Assembly: GCA_963768355.1 (NCBI GenBank)
Contig: CAVYHT010000026.1
Coordinates: 1,536 to 65,535, forward strand
From: an uncultured Alphaproteobacteria bacterium
GTDB taxonomy: Bacteria > Pseudomonadota > Alphaproteobacteria > Rhodobacterales > Rhodobacteraceae
DNA length: 64,000 nt
Direction: 5' to 3'
A program made the translations under genes and the position numbers. A model generated the notes under the pieces. The model had not been told where the DNA came from and ran no database searches. It worked only from the letters and a program-made list of their open reading frames with translations. Shown here piece after piece: positions 1-9,396 of the stretch; position 1 is the stretch's first letter; each line of letters opens with the position of its first letter.

Positions 1-127
1 GCACCTCGACGAAGGCGCCGGTCATGCAGCCGCCCTCGGGCGCCTTGTAATCAAGCGTCCGGTCAAGCGGCTGGGTGGTCAGCACGCCGACCAACTCGCC
101 TTCGTCAAAGAATCCCGGAACGCTCAT
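1..127 (-). CDS. priA: primosomal protein N' (PriA), N-terminal 42 codons only; gene continues past the window start
   Basis: ATG at 127..125. My reverse translation is MSVPGFFDEGELVGVLTTQPLDRTLDYKAPEGGCMTGAFVEV, which resembles the PriA N-terminus (..LDY.vPEG...G..V.V). The fragment is too short for a firm call. Confidence 0.4.
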   Translation of the reverse strand, partial: MSVPGFFDEGELVGVLTTQPLDRTLDYKAPEGGCMTGAFVEV

Positions 128-213
128 GGCGCCACATTTGCCCGTTTGGGCTTTCGGGGCCAACCCCCTTGCGGTAGAAGTTGCGCGAATGACCAGCCAT
201 GGGGATGAGACAG

Positions 214-869
214 ATGAGATTCTTCGTAGATACCGCCGATGTAGACGCCATCAAGGAACTGAACGACCTTGGCATGGTCGATGGTGTAACCACCAATCCG
301 TCGCTGATCATGAAGTCGGGGCGCGACATCAAGGAAGTGACGAAAGAGATCTGCAACATGGTCGACGGGCCGGTTTCGGCCGAGACCGTGGCGCTGGACG
401 CCGAGGGCATGATCGCCGAGGGCCGTGAACTGGCGAAGATCGCCGACAATATCGCGATCAAGGTGCCGCTGACCTGGGCGGGCCTGAAGGCCTGCAAGGT
501 GCTGACCGATGAAAACCGGATGGTCAACGTGACGCTGTGCTTTTCAGCGCCAACCAGGCGCTTCTGGCGGCGAAGGCGGGGGCGACGTTCATCTCTCCGT
601 TCATCGGTCGGTTGGACGACCTCAACCTCGACGGCATGGATCTGATCGCCGAGATCCGCCAGATCTATGACAATTACGGCTTCGAGACCGCGATCCTCGC
701 CGCCTCGATCCGGTCGGCCAATCACATGAGCCAGGCGGCGCTGATCGGCGCGGATGTGGCGACGGCGCCGCCGAATGTGATCAAGGCGATGGCGAACCAC
801 GTGCTGACCGACAAGGGGCTGGAAGGGTTTCTAAAGGATTGGGCGAAGACCGGGCAGAAGATAATCTGA
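214..869 (+). CDS. tal: transaldolase family 3B / fructose-6-phosphate aldolase-like (frameshifted in this assembly)
   Basis: Track ORFs 199..645 ([31 protein letters not shown]...NVTLCFSA) and 537..869 ([23 protein letters not shown]...) form the two halves of a ~217-aa short transaldolase. The frame changes near 550. Confidence 0.85.
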
Positions 870-951
870 TCCCGCGGCATTCGGCCAACTCGGGACCGGC
901 GCCGACATGAGTTATTTGTAGCCGCTGGGTTGAGCCACGCAGCCAGCCGGT

Positions 952-1218
952 TCACGTTCGTTCTTTTGCATATTTTTGAAAGAAGGTTGTGCCTCTGTCG
1001 ATGGCGTCTTTTGAACCAGGGTGCTCGCGAACGATCTGACAAACCAACTGCCATATAGGGTCAAACTCTGTCTTGGATTCTAGTTTCCGGCGTACGAGGT
1101 CATAAAGTTCGCCGACAGTCACTAGGGTTACCGTTTCATTTTCATGGATTTCGATACCGCAGATTTTTTCGATGGCTTGCAGCATTTCCACATCATCCAA
1201 GTCATCACCGAGATCCAC
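952..1218 (-). CDS. hypothetical protein in an AT-richer islet; weak acyl-carrier-like helix pattern but no Ser in the DSL position
   Basis: 88-aa track ORF MDLGDDLDDVEMLQAIEKICGIEIHENETVTLVTVGELYDLVRRKL... with GTG start. A 38-codon ORF (1343..1227, MIYNQMFDRKIAMVGRFGPWCETKRGKKLGIFSKRITQ) lies directly upstream in another frame and could be the same gene split by an indel. Confidence 0.35.
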   Translation of the reverse strand: MDLGDDLDDVEMLQAIEKICGIEIHENETVTLVTVGELYDLVRRKLESKTEFDPIWQLVCQIVREHPGSKDAIDRGTTFFQKYAKERT

Positions 1219-1586
1219 CGTGTTGAGTCACTGCGTGATCCTTTTGCTGAAGATGCCAAGCTTCTTACCCCTTTTCGTTTCGCACCACGGCCCAAACCTG
1301 CCGACCATTGCGATCTTGCGGTCGAACATCTGATTGTAAATCATGGATTACCAGCACAACACTGGACCGGGTTGAAGCTCAACTTGGCCCTACAAACCAC
1401 CCTTTCGGAGTTGGACAGATCCCACCCCTATCAAGCCCTTCAATCACTGTGGCGTGAGGGACGCGATCCGATCGGCATAACCAGAATTCCCCAACTGAAG
1501 GCTGGACGCGGGCGCTCAGGACTGGGAAAAAGTGGGCCAGAGCATAGACCAAGCCGGAACAACCGGTAAAAACCGAAGGAACAGGC

Positions 1587-2295
1587 ATGAGCAGCACAGC
1601 AGCCATGATTGACGATCTGCGCGAAAGGATCATCGCCGATCCGGATGTGATCCTTGAGGACCGCGATGTGATGCGCGCACTGATCGCCGCCGGGGAAAGC
1701 GGGCTGGGCAGCAACATTGTAGATCTGCGTGGCATCGCGCTGGAGCGTCTGGAATCCCGGCTCGACTGGCTGGAAGATACTCATCGCAGCGTGATCGCGG
1801 CAGCCTATGAGAACCTTGCCGGCACCAATCAGGTGCATCGCGCCCTGTTGCGGTTGCTGGAACCCACCGATTTTGCCGACTTTCTTGCGCGACCTGGGCG
1901 GCGAAGTTGCCGATATCCTGCGCGTCGATGCAGCCCGGCTGGTGCTGGAAACGGTCAGCGATGAAGATCGCGCGGATGTGGCCAAGCTGGAAAACGTGCT
2001 GGTCACCGCAGAACCGGGCTTCGTCGACAGCTATCTGACGCTGGGGCGCAATGTGCCGGTGCGTCAGGTGGTATTGCGGCAGGTGCAGCCCGATACGGAT
2101 GTGGTTTACGGTGAAACCAAGGATTGTATTCGGTCAGAGGCATGCCTTAGGCTCGATTTCGGTCCCGGGCGATTGCCGGGGATGCTTGTGCTGGGCGCCG
2201 AAGACCCGCACCTGTTCAAGCCGACGCAGGGCACCGACCTTTTGGCCTTTTTCGCCGGGGTCTTTGAACGGGCCATGCGGCGCTGGCTGGCGTGA
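1587..2295 (+). CDS. DUF484 family protein (YigA-like), frameshifted in this assembly
   Basis: ORFs 1587..1964 and 1807..2295 join near 1888 (..LLEPTDFADFL / RDLGGEVADILRVDAARLVLE..). It sits directly upstream of xerC with a GTGA overlap, the same order as E. coli yigA-xerC. Confidence 0.75.
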
Positions 2296-3212
2296 TCCAT
2301 ATCTCACCCGCCGCGCGCGATGCGCTGGAGGGTTGGCTGGCCGCCCAGAAGGCGCTGAACGCCGCCGCCGCCAATACCCTGACCGCCTATCGCACCGATC
2401 TCTTGTCCTATCTGGCTTTTATTACCGAACATTTCGGCGAAGCCACCGGCCTTGCGCCGCTGCAGAAAGCGTCAACATCCGACATGCGGGCCTGGATGGC
2501 GCATGAACGGGCGCGTGGTGTCTCGGCCCGGTCGCTGGCGCGATCCTTGTCGGCGGTGAAGTCGTTCTATCGCTGGCTGGCGGAGCGCGAAGGCTTCGAT
2601 CCGACGGCGGTTCTGTCGGTGCGCTCGCCGAAATTCCAGCGCAAGCTGCCTCGGCCCCTGGCGGTCGATGCGGCGCGAGCGATGATCGACACCGTCGAGG
2701 TGCAGAGCGCCAAGGACTGGATCGCAGCGCGGGACGCAGCCGTGGTGACGCTGCTTTATGGCTGCGGCCTGCGGATATCGGAGGCTCTGGGGCTGACCGG
2801 CGTCTCCGTCCCCCTGCCCGAGAGCCTGCGGATCCGCGGCAAGGGCGGCAAGGAACGGATGGTCCCCGTGCTACCGGCCGCACGCGAGGCTGTTGCGCGC
2901 TATGTCGCCGCCTGCCCCTACCCGATCGAAGCGGACACGCCCCTGTTCCTTGGTGCGCGAGGCGGCCAACTGAACCCCCGGCTGATCGCAAAGGTGATGG
3001 AGCGGGCTCGGATGCAGCTTGGCCTGCCTGCCACCGCCACCCCGCACGCAATGCGACACAGCTTCGCAACTCATCTGCTGGCCGCAGGGGGTGATTTGCG
3101 CTCCATACAAGAGCTTTTGGGACATGCTTCGCTGTCGACAACCCAAGCTTATACCGCGGTCGATACGACGCGGCTTATGGAAGTGTATGAAAAGACCCAC
3201 CCACGCGCCTGA
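2292..3212 (+). CDS. xerC: tyrosine recombinase XerC
   Basis: Intact 306-aa ORF with a phage-integrase SAM-like N-domain and catalytic region ...ATPHAMRHSFATHLLAAGGDLRSIQELLGHASLSTTQAYT (R..HxxR..Y). Confidence 0.9.
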   Translation: MIHISPAARDALEGWLAAQKALNAAAANTLTAYRTDLLSYLAFITEHFGEATGLAPLQKASTSDMRAWMAHERARGVSARSLARSLSAVKSFYRWLAEREGFDPTAVLSVRSPKFQRKLPRPLAVDAARAMIDTVEVQSAKDWIAARDAAVVTLLYGCGLRISEALGLTGVSVPLPESLRIRGKGGKERMVPVLPAAREAVARYVAACPYPIEADTPLFLGARGGQLNPRLIAKVMERARMQLGLPATATPHAMRHSFATHLLAAGGDLRSIQELLGHASLSTTQAYTAVDTTRLMEVYEKTHPRA

Positions 3213-3284
3213 CGGCAAGAGATCGGAGCGGACGCGCCCTGGCGGTTGGGGCTTGTTTAGATTGTCCAGACCGCCAGGTGCCTG

Positions 3285-3437
3285 TTAGCCGTCCTGACCG
3301 TCTCCGCTGGCGGTCAGATTTCGATGCTTTCGTGTGCGATTCATCACCAGATAGAACAACGCGACACCGCAGACGAAAGCGGCAAAACCGACCATCGAGA
3401 CGATCATGGCTGGAGACCAGCCCGTCAGATTTTCCAC
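3285..3437 (-). CDS. putative small membrane protein (50 aa)
   Basis: My translation is VENLTGWSPAMIVSMVGFAAFVCGVALFYLVMNRTRKHRNLTASGDGQDG, with one hydrophobic helix followed by a basic stretch. GAGAGGAA lies 5 nt upstream of the GTG. Below the size cut-off of the ORF track; no homology evidence. Confidence 0.3.
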   Translation of the reverse strand: MENLTGWSPAMIVSMVGFAAFVCGVALFYLVMNRTRKHRNLTASGDGQDG

Positions 3438-3561
3438 GACAATTCCTCTCAAATAATTAGGGTTTCTAACGACTTAAAGGCGAAATGCGGCGATTCTGCG
3501 TCATGAATCCTCTTATGTTCCGCTGAACTGGGCCGAAGCGTTTTCCCTCTGCCGTCGGAAG

Positions 3562-4035
3562 ATGCTATCCTTGATCAGCAAGAGCCGGGAGAAACACGCA
3601 GTGCCAATTTCAGATCGAGACATCGAACTTGTGACAAAAAGCTTCAATCTTGCCAGGTCCGAGCAGCTGTTTCTCGATACGACCCGGTTCTACGAGAACC
3701 TGTTCGCCCAAGATCCGGATTTGCGCGGCATGTTTCGCGAGGATCTCGGCGGACAGGGCATGAAGTTCATGACCACGCTGAAAACGATTGTGGTCGCGTT
3801 GAACGATCCCGAAGCTTTGCAGGCGAAACTGAAGAGCCTTGGCGAGAGTCATGCGGCGCTTAGCGTGGTGGCCACCAATTTCAAGCCTATGGGCGAGGCG
3901 CTGATCGATACCTTCCGAGAGCTTCTTGGCAACGAGTTCACCTCCGAGATGGAGGCCGCCTGGCGCACGGCATACACCGAGATATCCAAGGAAATGATCA
4001 AACGTGGCGGGATACCGGGCGGATCGACCCGCTGA
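3562..4035 (+). CDS. globin-family protein (single-domain, sensor-globin-like)
   Basis: Intact 157-aa ORF; ..IELVTKSFNLA....FYENLFAQDPDLRGMF...GMKFMTTLKTIV..L.D....KLKSLGESHAAL.V....F.PMGEALI..F fits a globin helix pattern. An alternative GTG start lies near 3601. Confidence 0.65.
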   Translation: MLSLISKSREKHAVPISDRDIELVTKSFNLARSEQLFLDTTRFYENLFAQDPDLRGMFREDLGGQGMKFMTTLKTIVVALNDPEALQAKLKSLGESHAALSVVATNFKPMGEALIDTFRELLGNEFTSEMEAAWRTAYTEISKEMIKRGGIPGGSTR

Positions 4036-4139
4036 ATCCGACGACGGTCGGGCACCGGACCGCGCCATCTTCGCGTCAATCACAACCAACCGCACTTCAC
4101 CCGGTTGCGCAACCGGCGATCTTCCGCCTAGAAGGGCGG

Positions 4140-4847
4140 ATGACCATTCAGTCACGCGCGCTTCTTGTCCACCTTCTGACCGCCTCGGGGGCGGTTTTCG
4201 CCATGTTGGCGATGCTGGCGGCGGTCGAACACAAGTGGGCTTTGATGTTTCTATGGCTGGTTGTGGCCTTCTTCGTCGACGGGATCGACGGGCCGCTGGC
4301 GCGGAAGTATCACGTCAAGGTCAACGCACCGGTCTTTGACGGAGTGTTGCTCGATCTGATCATCGACTACCTGACCTATGTCTTTGTGCCCGCCTATGCG
4401 CTGTTCAAGTCGGGCCTGCTGCCGGGCTGGACCGGATGGATCGCGATCATCGTCATCACCTTCACCAGCGCGCTTTATTTCGCCGATACGCGGATGAAGA
4501 CCAAGGACAACTCGTTTTCAGGCGTTCCCGGGCTGCTGGAACATGGTGGTGCTGGTTCTGTTCGCTCTGGCACCGAATTTCTGGGTGACGCTCGCGATCG
4601 TGGTGGTGCTGGCTGTCGGCGATGTTCGTGCCGCTGAAGTTCATCCATCCGGTGCGGACAGAGCGCTGGCGGGTACTTTCACTTGCCGATGGCACTCGCC
4701 TGGACCTTCTTCGCGGGCTGGGCGGCCTGGGTCAATTTCGATCCGCAAAGCTGGGCGCATTGGGGGCTGATTCTGACCTCTGTCTACCTTGTCTTTGCAG
4801 GGATTGCGCAGCAGATGTTCCCAGTTGCCGACGACCAGGCGATCTAG
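4140..4847 (+). CDS. pcs: phosphatidylcholine synthase (CDP-alcohol phosphatidyltransferase), three frameshifts in this assembly
   Basis: LVHLLTASGAVFAMLAMLAAVEHKWALMFLWLVVAFFVDGIDGPLARKY...TRMKTKDNSFSG, then FPGCWNMVVLVLFAL (ORF 4543), then MFVPLKFIHPVRTERWR (ORF 4622), then a final segment back in the starting frame ending at TAG 4845..4847. Breaks lie near 4523, 4618 and 4680. Confidence 0.85.
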
Positions 4848-5682
4848 AGCCGAGTCAGGACCACGCCGCCGATGATCAGGACCGCAGCGATCGCCTTGCC
4901 CCGGTCCATCCGTCTCGCCGAACAGGATCCAGCCGATCAGCACTGCGAACAGGATCGAGGTTTCGCGCAATGCCGCCACCAGCGCGATCGGCGCCTGGGT
5001 CATCGCCCAGACGGCGATCGCGTAGGCGGCGTAGGAGCCGAGCGATGCCAGCGCACCCAGCGTCCAGGCGCGGCGATTGGCACTGAACACGCCGGGGCCG
5101 CGCAGTGCCAGACACGCGGGTACCATGATCGCCACGTCGAAGACGAAGAGCCAGGCGACATAGGTGACCGCATCGCCCGAAACCCGCGCGCCCAGACCGT
5201 CAACAAGCGAGTAACCTGCCGTGGCCATCGCCGAGCCGAGCGCCAGCGGCACCAGCCGCCGGGATTCGTCGGAGCGAAAGACGCCGCGCGCCATCAGGAT
5301 GATGCCTGCACCCAAGCGTGACGATGCCTGCATATTCCAGGGGTGCGATCCGGTCGGTCAGGATCGCCGCACCGATCACCATCACCATCAGCGGGGCCGC
5401 CCCTCGCGCGATCGGGTAGACCCGGCTCAGGTCACCATTGTCATAGGCGAAGGCGAGGAAGAGCTTGTAGACTGCATGAAAAATGCCCGAGGCGATGAGC
5501 CAGAGCCAGACGTCGCCCACTGGCAGCGGGCGGGTGGTCGCGATCGCCGCGCCGATGCTACCTTGGACCAGCGTCAGGATCAGCATCGAGGTCAGTTTCG
5601 AGGTGCCGAGCTTGATCAGAGCGTTCCAGCCAGCATGGAGAAACGCTGCGAACAACACTGCGAGGAATACGCCGAGTGTCAT
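4844..5682 (-). CDS. EamA/DMT family transporter (frameshifted in this assembly)
   Basis: ORFs 5200..5682 (MTLGVFLAVLFAAFLHAGWNALIKLG...) and 4641..5333 are multi-TM and show two EamA-like halves. The true C-terminus (..RMDRGKAIAAVLIIGGVVLTRL) is in a third frame and ends at 4844. Its stop overlaps the convergent pcs stop. Confidence 0.75.
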
Positions 5683-5709
5683 CTGCTGTCCCGCCCATTT
5701 CCCGCCGGG

Positions 5710-6271
5710 CTACCAAATCGCGCGACCCTTGGGGCCGCAAGAGGTTTCTGATGCCCTTCGGGCAGCCTCCGGCGGGGATACTTGCGGACAAATAATGGGA
5801 GAGATCAGATCAGAGAGCGAAGCCGCGCCTTCGAGGCGGAGGAGTGCGATCTTGGTTTCGATACCGCCTTCGCCGGAATAGCCGCCCAGACCGTCAGCGG
5901 CCAGCACCCGGTGGCAGGGGATCAGGATGGCGATGGGATTGGCACCGCAGGCCTGACCGGAAGCCTGCGGCGGAATGCCGAGGGCGCGGGCCAGATCGCC
6001 ATAGGTTCGGGTTTCGCCGTAAGGTATCGCGGAAAGCGCTTCGAGGAAGCGGTGGAGGTCCGGGCTCACCTGCGGAGCGAGCGGCAAGTCGAACCGGTGG
6101 CGGGTGCCTGCGCGAAGTATTCATCCAACTGCGTGGCGGCCGCGCGCAAGGTCGGGCGTTTCATCCCGGCATGAGCCTTGCCAGCGCAGGTGGGTGATCC
6201 GACCATCGCCGTTCGATCAGGGTCAATGGGCCAACCGGACTGGGAATGGTCAGGCTGGCCGGCTCACTCAT
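5710..6271 (-). CDS. ogt: methylated-DNA--protein-cysteine methyltransferase (several frameshifts in the 5' third)
   Basis: Active-site motif IPCHRV in ORF 5710..6087 (..YGETRTYGDLARALG..ANPIAILIPCHRVLAADG..). The N-terminus MSEPASLTIPSPVGPLTLIE.DGRITHLRW.. appears in the tail of ORF 6161..9223 and in shifted frames. Its ATG at 6271 overlaps the ileS stop (ATGA). Confidence 0.8.
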
Positions 6272-9223
6272 CCCAGCGCCGTATCGCAGCGGGTCGCAGA
6301 CGCCTTCGTGATTGTGGCGACCGACATCCGGAAGTATCTTCCAGCAGCGCTGGCATTTCTCGCCATCGGCCTTCTCGAAGACCACGCCGATGCCCTCGAT
6401 TTCCGGCAGGCGGAAAGCCTCGGACGGGCTGTGGATCGGCGGAAAGCACGATACCGGAGGTGATGCAGATGTCGTCGAAGGGCACGGTGCGCGCGGCGGC
6501 CAGCGCCTCTTTGTCCCGACGTGGACCACCGGGGCGGCTTCGAGAGAAGCGCCGATCACCTTGTCCTGACGCTGGATTTCCAGTGCTGCCGTGACCACGC
6601 GGCGGATGCGCCGGATGCCAGACCATTTCGCCGCCAGCGGTTCGTCGAGCCAGTCGGCGGGGGTGGCTGGCATGTCGTGCAGGTGGACCGAGCTATCCTC
6701 GCCGGGGAAGCGCTCCAGCCAGACTTCCTCCATCGTGAAGACAAGGATCGGGGCGAGCCATGTCGTTAGGCGGTGGAACAGGATGTCGAGCACCGTGCGC
6801 GCAGCGCGGCGTTCAGGGGTGTCGCCATCGCAATACAGCACGTCCTTGCGGATATCGAAGTAGAAGGCCGAGAGGTCCACCGTGGCGAAGGTGAAAAGCT
6901 CCTTGAACACGCCCTGGAAGTCGTAGGCGGCATAGCCGGTGCGCACCTTGTGGTCGAGTTCGGCCAGCCGGTGCAGCACCCAGCGCTCCAGTTCCGGCAT
7001 ATCGGCGGGGTCGGTGCGGTCGGCCTCGCTGAACTGGTTCAGAGAGCCCAGGAGGAACCGGATGGTGTTGCGCAGGCGGCGGTAGCTGTCGGATGTGCCC
7101 TTGAGGATCTCATCGCCGATGCGGTGATCGTGCTTGTAGTCGGTCTGGGCGACCCAGAGGCGCAGGATGTCGGCACCGTACTGCTTGACCACCTGATCGG
7201 GCAGGATCGTGTTGCCCAGCGACTTTGACATCTTCTCGCCCTTGGCGTCGAGCGTGAACGCGTGCGTTACCACGGCACGGTAGGGCGCGCGGCCGATGGT
7301 GCCGCAGGCTTGCAGCATCGAGGAGTGGAACCAGCCGCGGTGCTGGTCGGTGCCTTCGAGGTAGAGGTCGGCGAGACCGTCGGCGGTGCCATCGGGGCGG
7401 TCGCGCAGCACGAAGGCATGGGTCGAGCCGGAGTCGAACCAGACGTCGAGGATGTCGAAGATCTGTTCGTAGTTCGCCGGGTCATGGAGGCCGTCGAGGA
7501 TCTTTTCCTTGAAGCCCCCTGTGTACCAGATATCGGCGCCTTCGGCCTCGAACGCGGCGACGATGCGGGCGTTGACTTGGGCGTCGCGGAGCAGGAAGTC
7601 GGGGTCTTCGGGCTTGGCTCCGACCTTGACGAAGCAGGTCAGCGGCACGCCCCATGCGCGCTGGCGTGACAGCACCCAGTCGGGCCGCGCCTCGATCATC
7701 GAGTAAAGCCGGTTGCGGCCGGTTTGCGGGGTCCATGTGACAAGTTGGTCGATCGAGGTCAGGGCGCGCTGGCGGATCGTGGTGCCGTACTCGTCCTGAC
7801 CGTCGCCGACGGGCTTGTCGATGGCGGCGAACCATTGTGGGGTGTTGCGGTAGATCAGCGGTGCCTTGGAGCGCCACGAATGCGGGTAGCTGTGGGTGAC
7901 GCGGCCGCGCGCGAGCAAGCGGCCAGCCTCGACCAGCTTGTCGATCACGGCCTTGTTGGCGCCGCCTTCCTTGCCCTTGGGCGTGATGATGACCTCGCCG
8001 CCAAAGAGCGGCAGATCGGCGCGGAAAGAGCCGTCTTCCAGCACGTTGTAGGTCATCGGCAGGCCATGCTTGAGGCCGATCTGGTAATCGTCATCGCCGT
8101 GGCTGGGGGCGGTGTGGACAAATCCGGTGCCCGCGTCCTCGGTGACGTGATCGCCGGGGAACATCGGCACGTCATAGTCCCATTCACCGTTTTCGGCCAT
8201 GCCGCGCAGCGGGTGCGACAGGACAAGACCGGCGAGTTCCTGTGCGGAGACATGGCGGATCTGGGTGAAACCGGTGACGCGGGCCTGCGCGAAGATTTCG
8301 CCGGCGAGGTTTTCGGCCATCAGGAGCTTGTCGCCTTTGGCGGCCCAGCATTCCTCGGGCGTTTCGGTGACTTCGTAAAGGCCATAGGTGATGCCGGGGC
8401 CGAAGCAGACCGCGCGGTTCTGCGGGATCGTCCAGGGCGTGGTGGTCCAGATCACCACCTGCGCTTCGTGCAGGTCGTCGGCCAAGAGCGCCTGATCGGC
8501 GCCGGAATATTCATCGATATCGTCATCGGCGAGCAGGATATTGCCGCCGCGCACGACCGGGAAGCGGACCCAGATCGTTGGGCTTTGGTGGTCGTGGTAC
8601 TCGACCTCGGCCTCGGCCAAAGCGGTCTTTTCCACGGGGCTCCACATCACCGGCTTGGAGCCTCGGTAAAGCGTGCCGTTCATCAGGAATTTCATGAACT
8701 CTTCGGCGATCACGCGTTCGGCGTGGTAATCCATCGTGAGGTAAGGATCGGCCCAGTTGCCGGTGACGCCGAGCCGCTTGAATTCCTCGCGCTGGATGTC
8801 GATCCAGCCTTCGGCGAATTTGCGGCATTGCTGGCGGAAATCGACGACGTTGACGGCGTCTTTGTCCTGACCCTTGGCGCGGTACTGTTCCTCGATCTTC
8901 CATTCGATCGGCAGGCCGTGGCAATCCCAGCCCGGCACATAGCGGGCGTCGCGGCCCATCATCTGCTGGCTGCGCACGACCATGTCCTTCAGGATCTTGT
9001 TCAGCGCGTGACCGATATGCAGGTGGCCGTTGGCATAGGGCGGGCCGTCATGCAGCGTGAAGGGCTCGCGGCCCTTGCCTTTTCGCGCAGGCGGTCGTAG
9101 ACGCCGATCTTCTGCCCACCGCTCCAGCCAGCCGGGTTCGCGGTTGGGCAGGCCGGCGCGCATCGGGAAATCGGTCTTGGGCAGGTTCAGCGTGGCTTTG
9201 TAGTCGGGCGTATCGGCGCACAT
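6268..9223 (-). CDS. ileS: isoleucine--tRNA ligase (local frameshift pairs near both ends in this assembly)
   Basis: Main ORF 6161..9223 carries HIGH (PYANGHLHIGHALNK), KMSKS and a C-terminal Zn motif (CQRCW). At 9060-9120 the shifted frame reads QKIGVYDRLREK. At 6400-6560 ORF 6264..6626 carries DKEALAAARTVPFDDICITSGIVLSADPQP. A last shift gives ..CDTALG and TGA at 6268. Confidence 0.92.
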
Positions 9224-9366
9224 TTCGGGCGTCCTTGTCAGAATTCGGTTATGGCGGAGGGATCGGCGCGGGAGAACGCACGCCTTTGACCGGCGGCCCT
9301 GAGGTGTCAGAGCGCCGGGCTGATAATTCGAATAATGATCGCCAGTATCCGCAGCATGGGGCGCTT

Positions 9367-9387
9367 ATAAAAGCCCCGGTTTGGGGC
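9367..9387 (-). terminator. candidate rho-independent terminator after the DUF2339 gene
   Basis: Minus strand reads GCCCC-AAACC-GGGGC-TTTTAT about 10 nt after the stop at 9397. The stem is only 5 bp. Confidence 0.35.
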
Positions 9388-9396
9388 GTCCAGCGC

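Noticed and set aside
2292-3212. Tyrosine recombinase as the marker of an integrated mobile element
   Set aside because: The sequence and the DUF484-xerC arrangement match the housekeeping chromosome-dimer resolvase XerC. I found no att-like repeats, tRNA target or phage/ICE genes nearby.
4036-4139. Hairpin CCGCC-TAGAAG-GGCGG immediately before the pcs ATG as a translational control element
   Set aside because: It has only a 5-bp stem, and I can assess no conservation or functional evidence. It could equally be coincidental GC-rich sequence.
7724-9100. 458-aa ORF on the + strand opposite ileS
   Set aside because: It is antisense to an unmistakable ileS reading frame. Its translation is Ala/Gly/Arg/Val-rich with no motifs, which is typical of spurious long ORFs in high-GC DNA.
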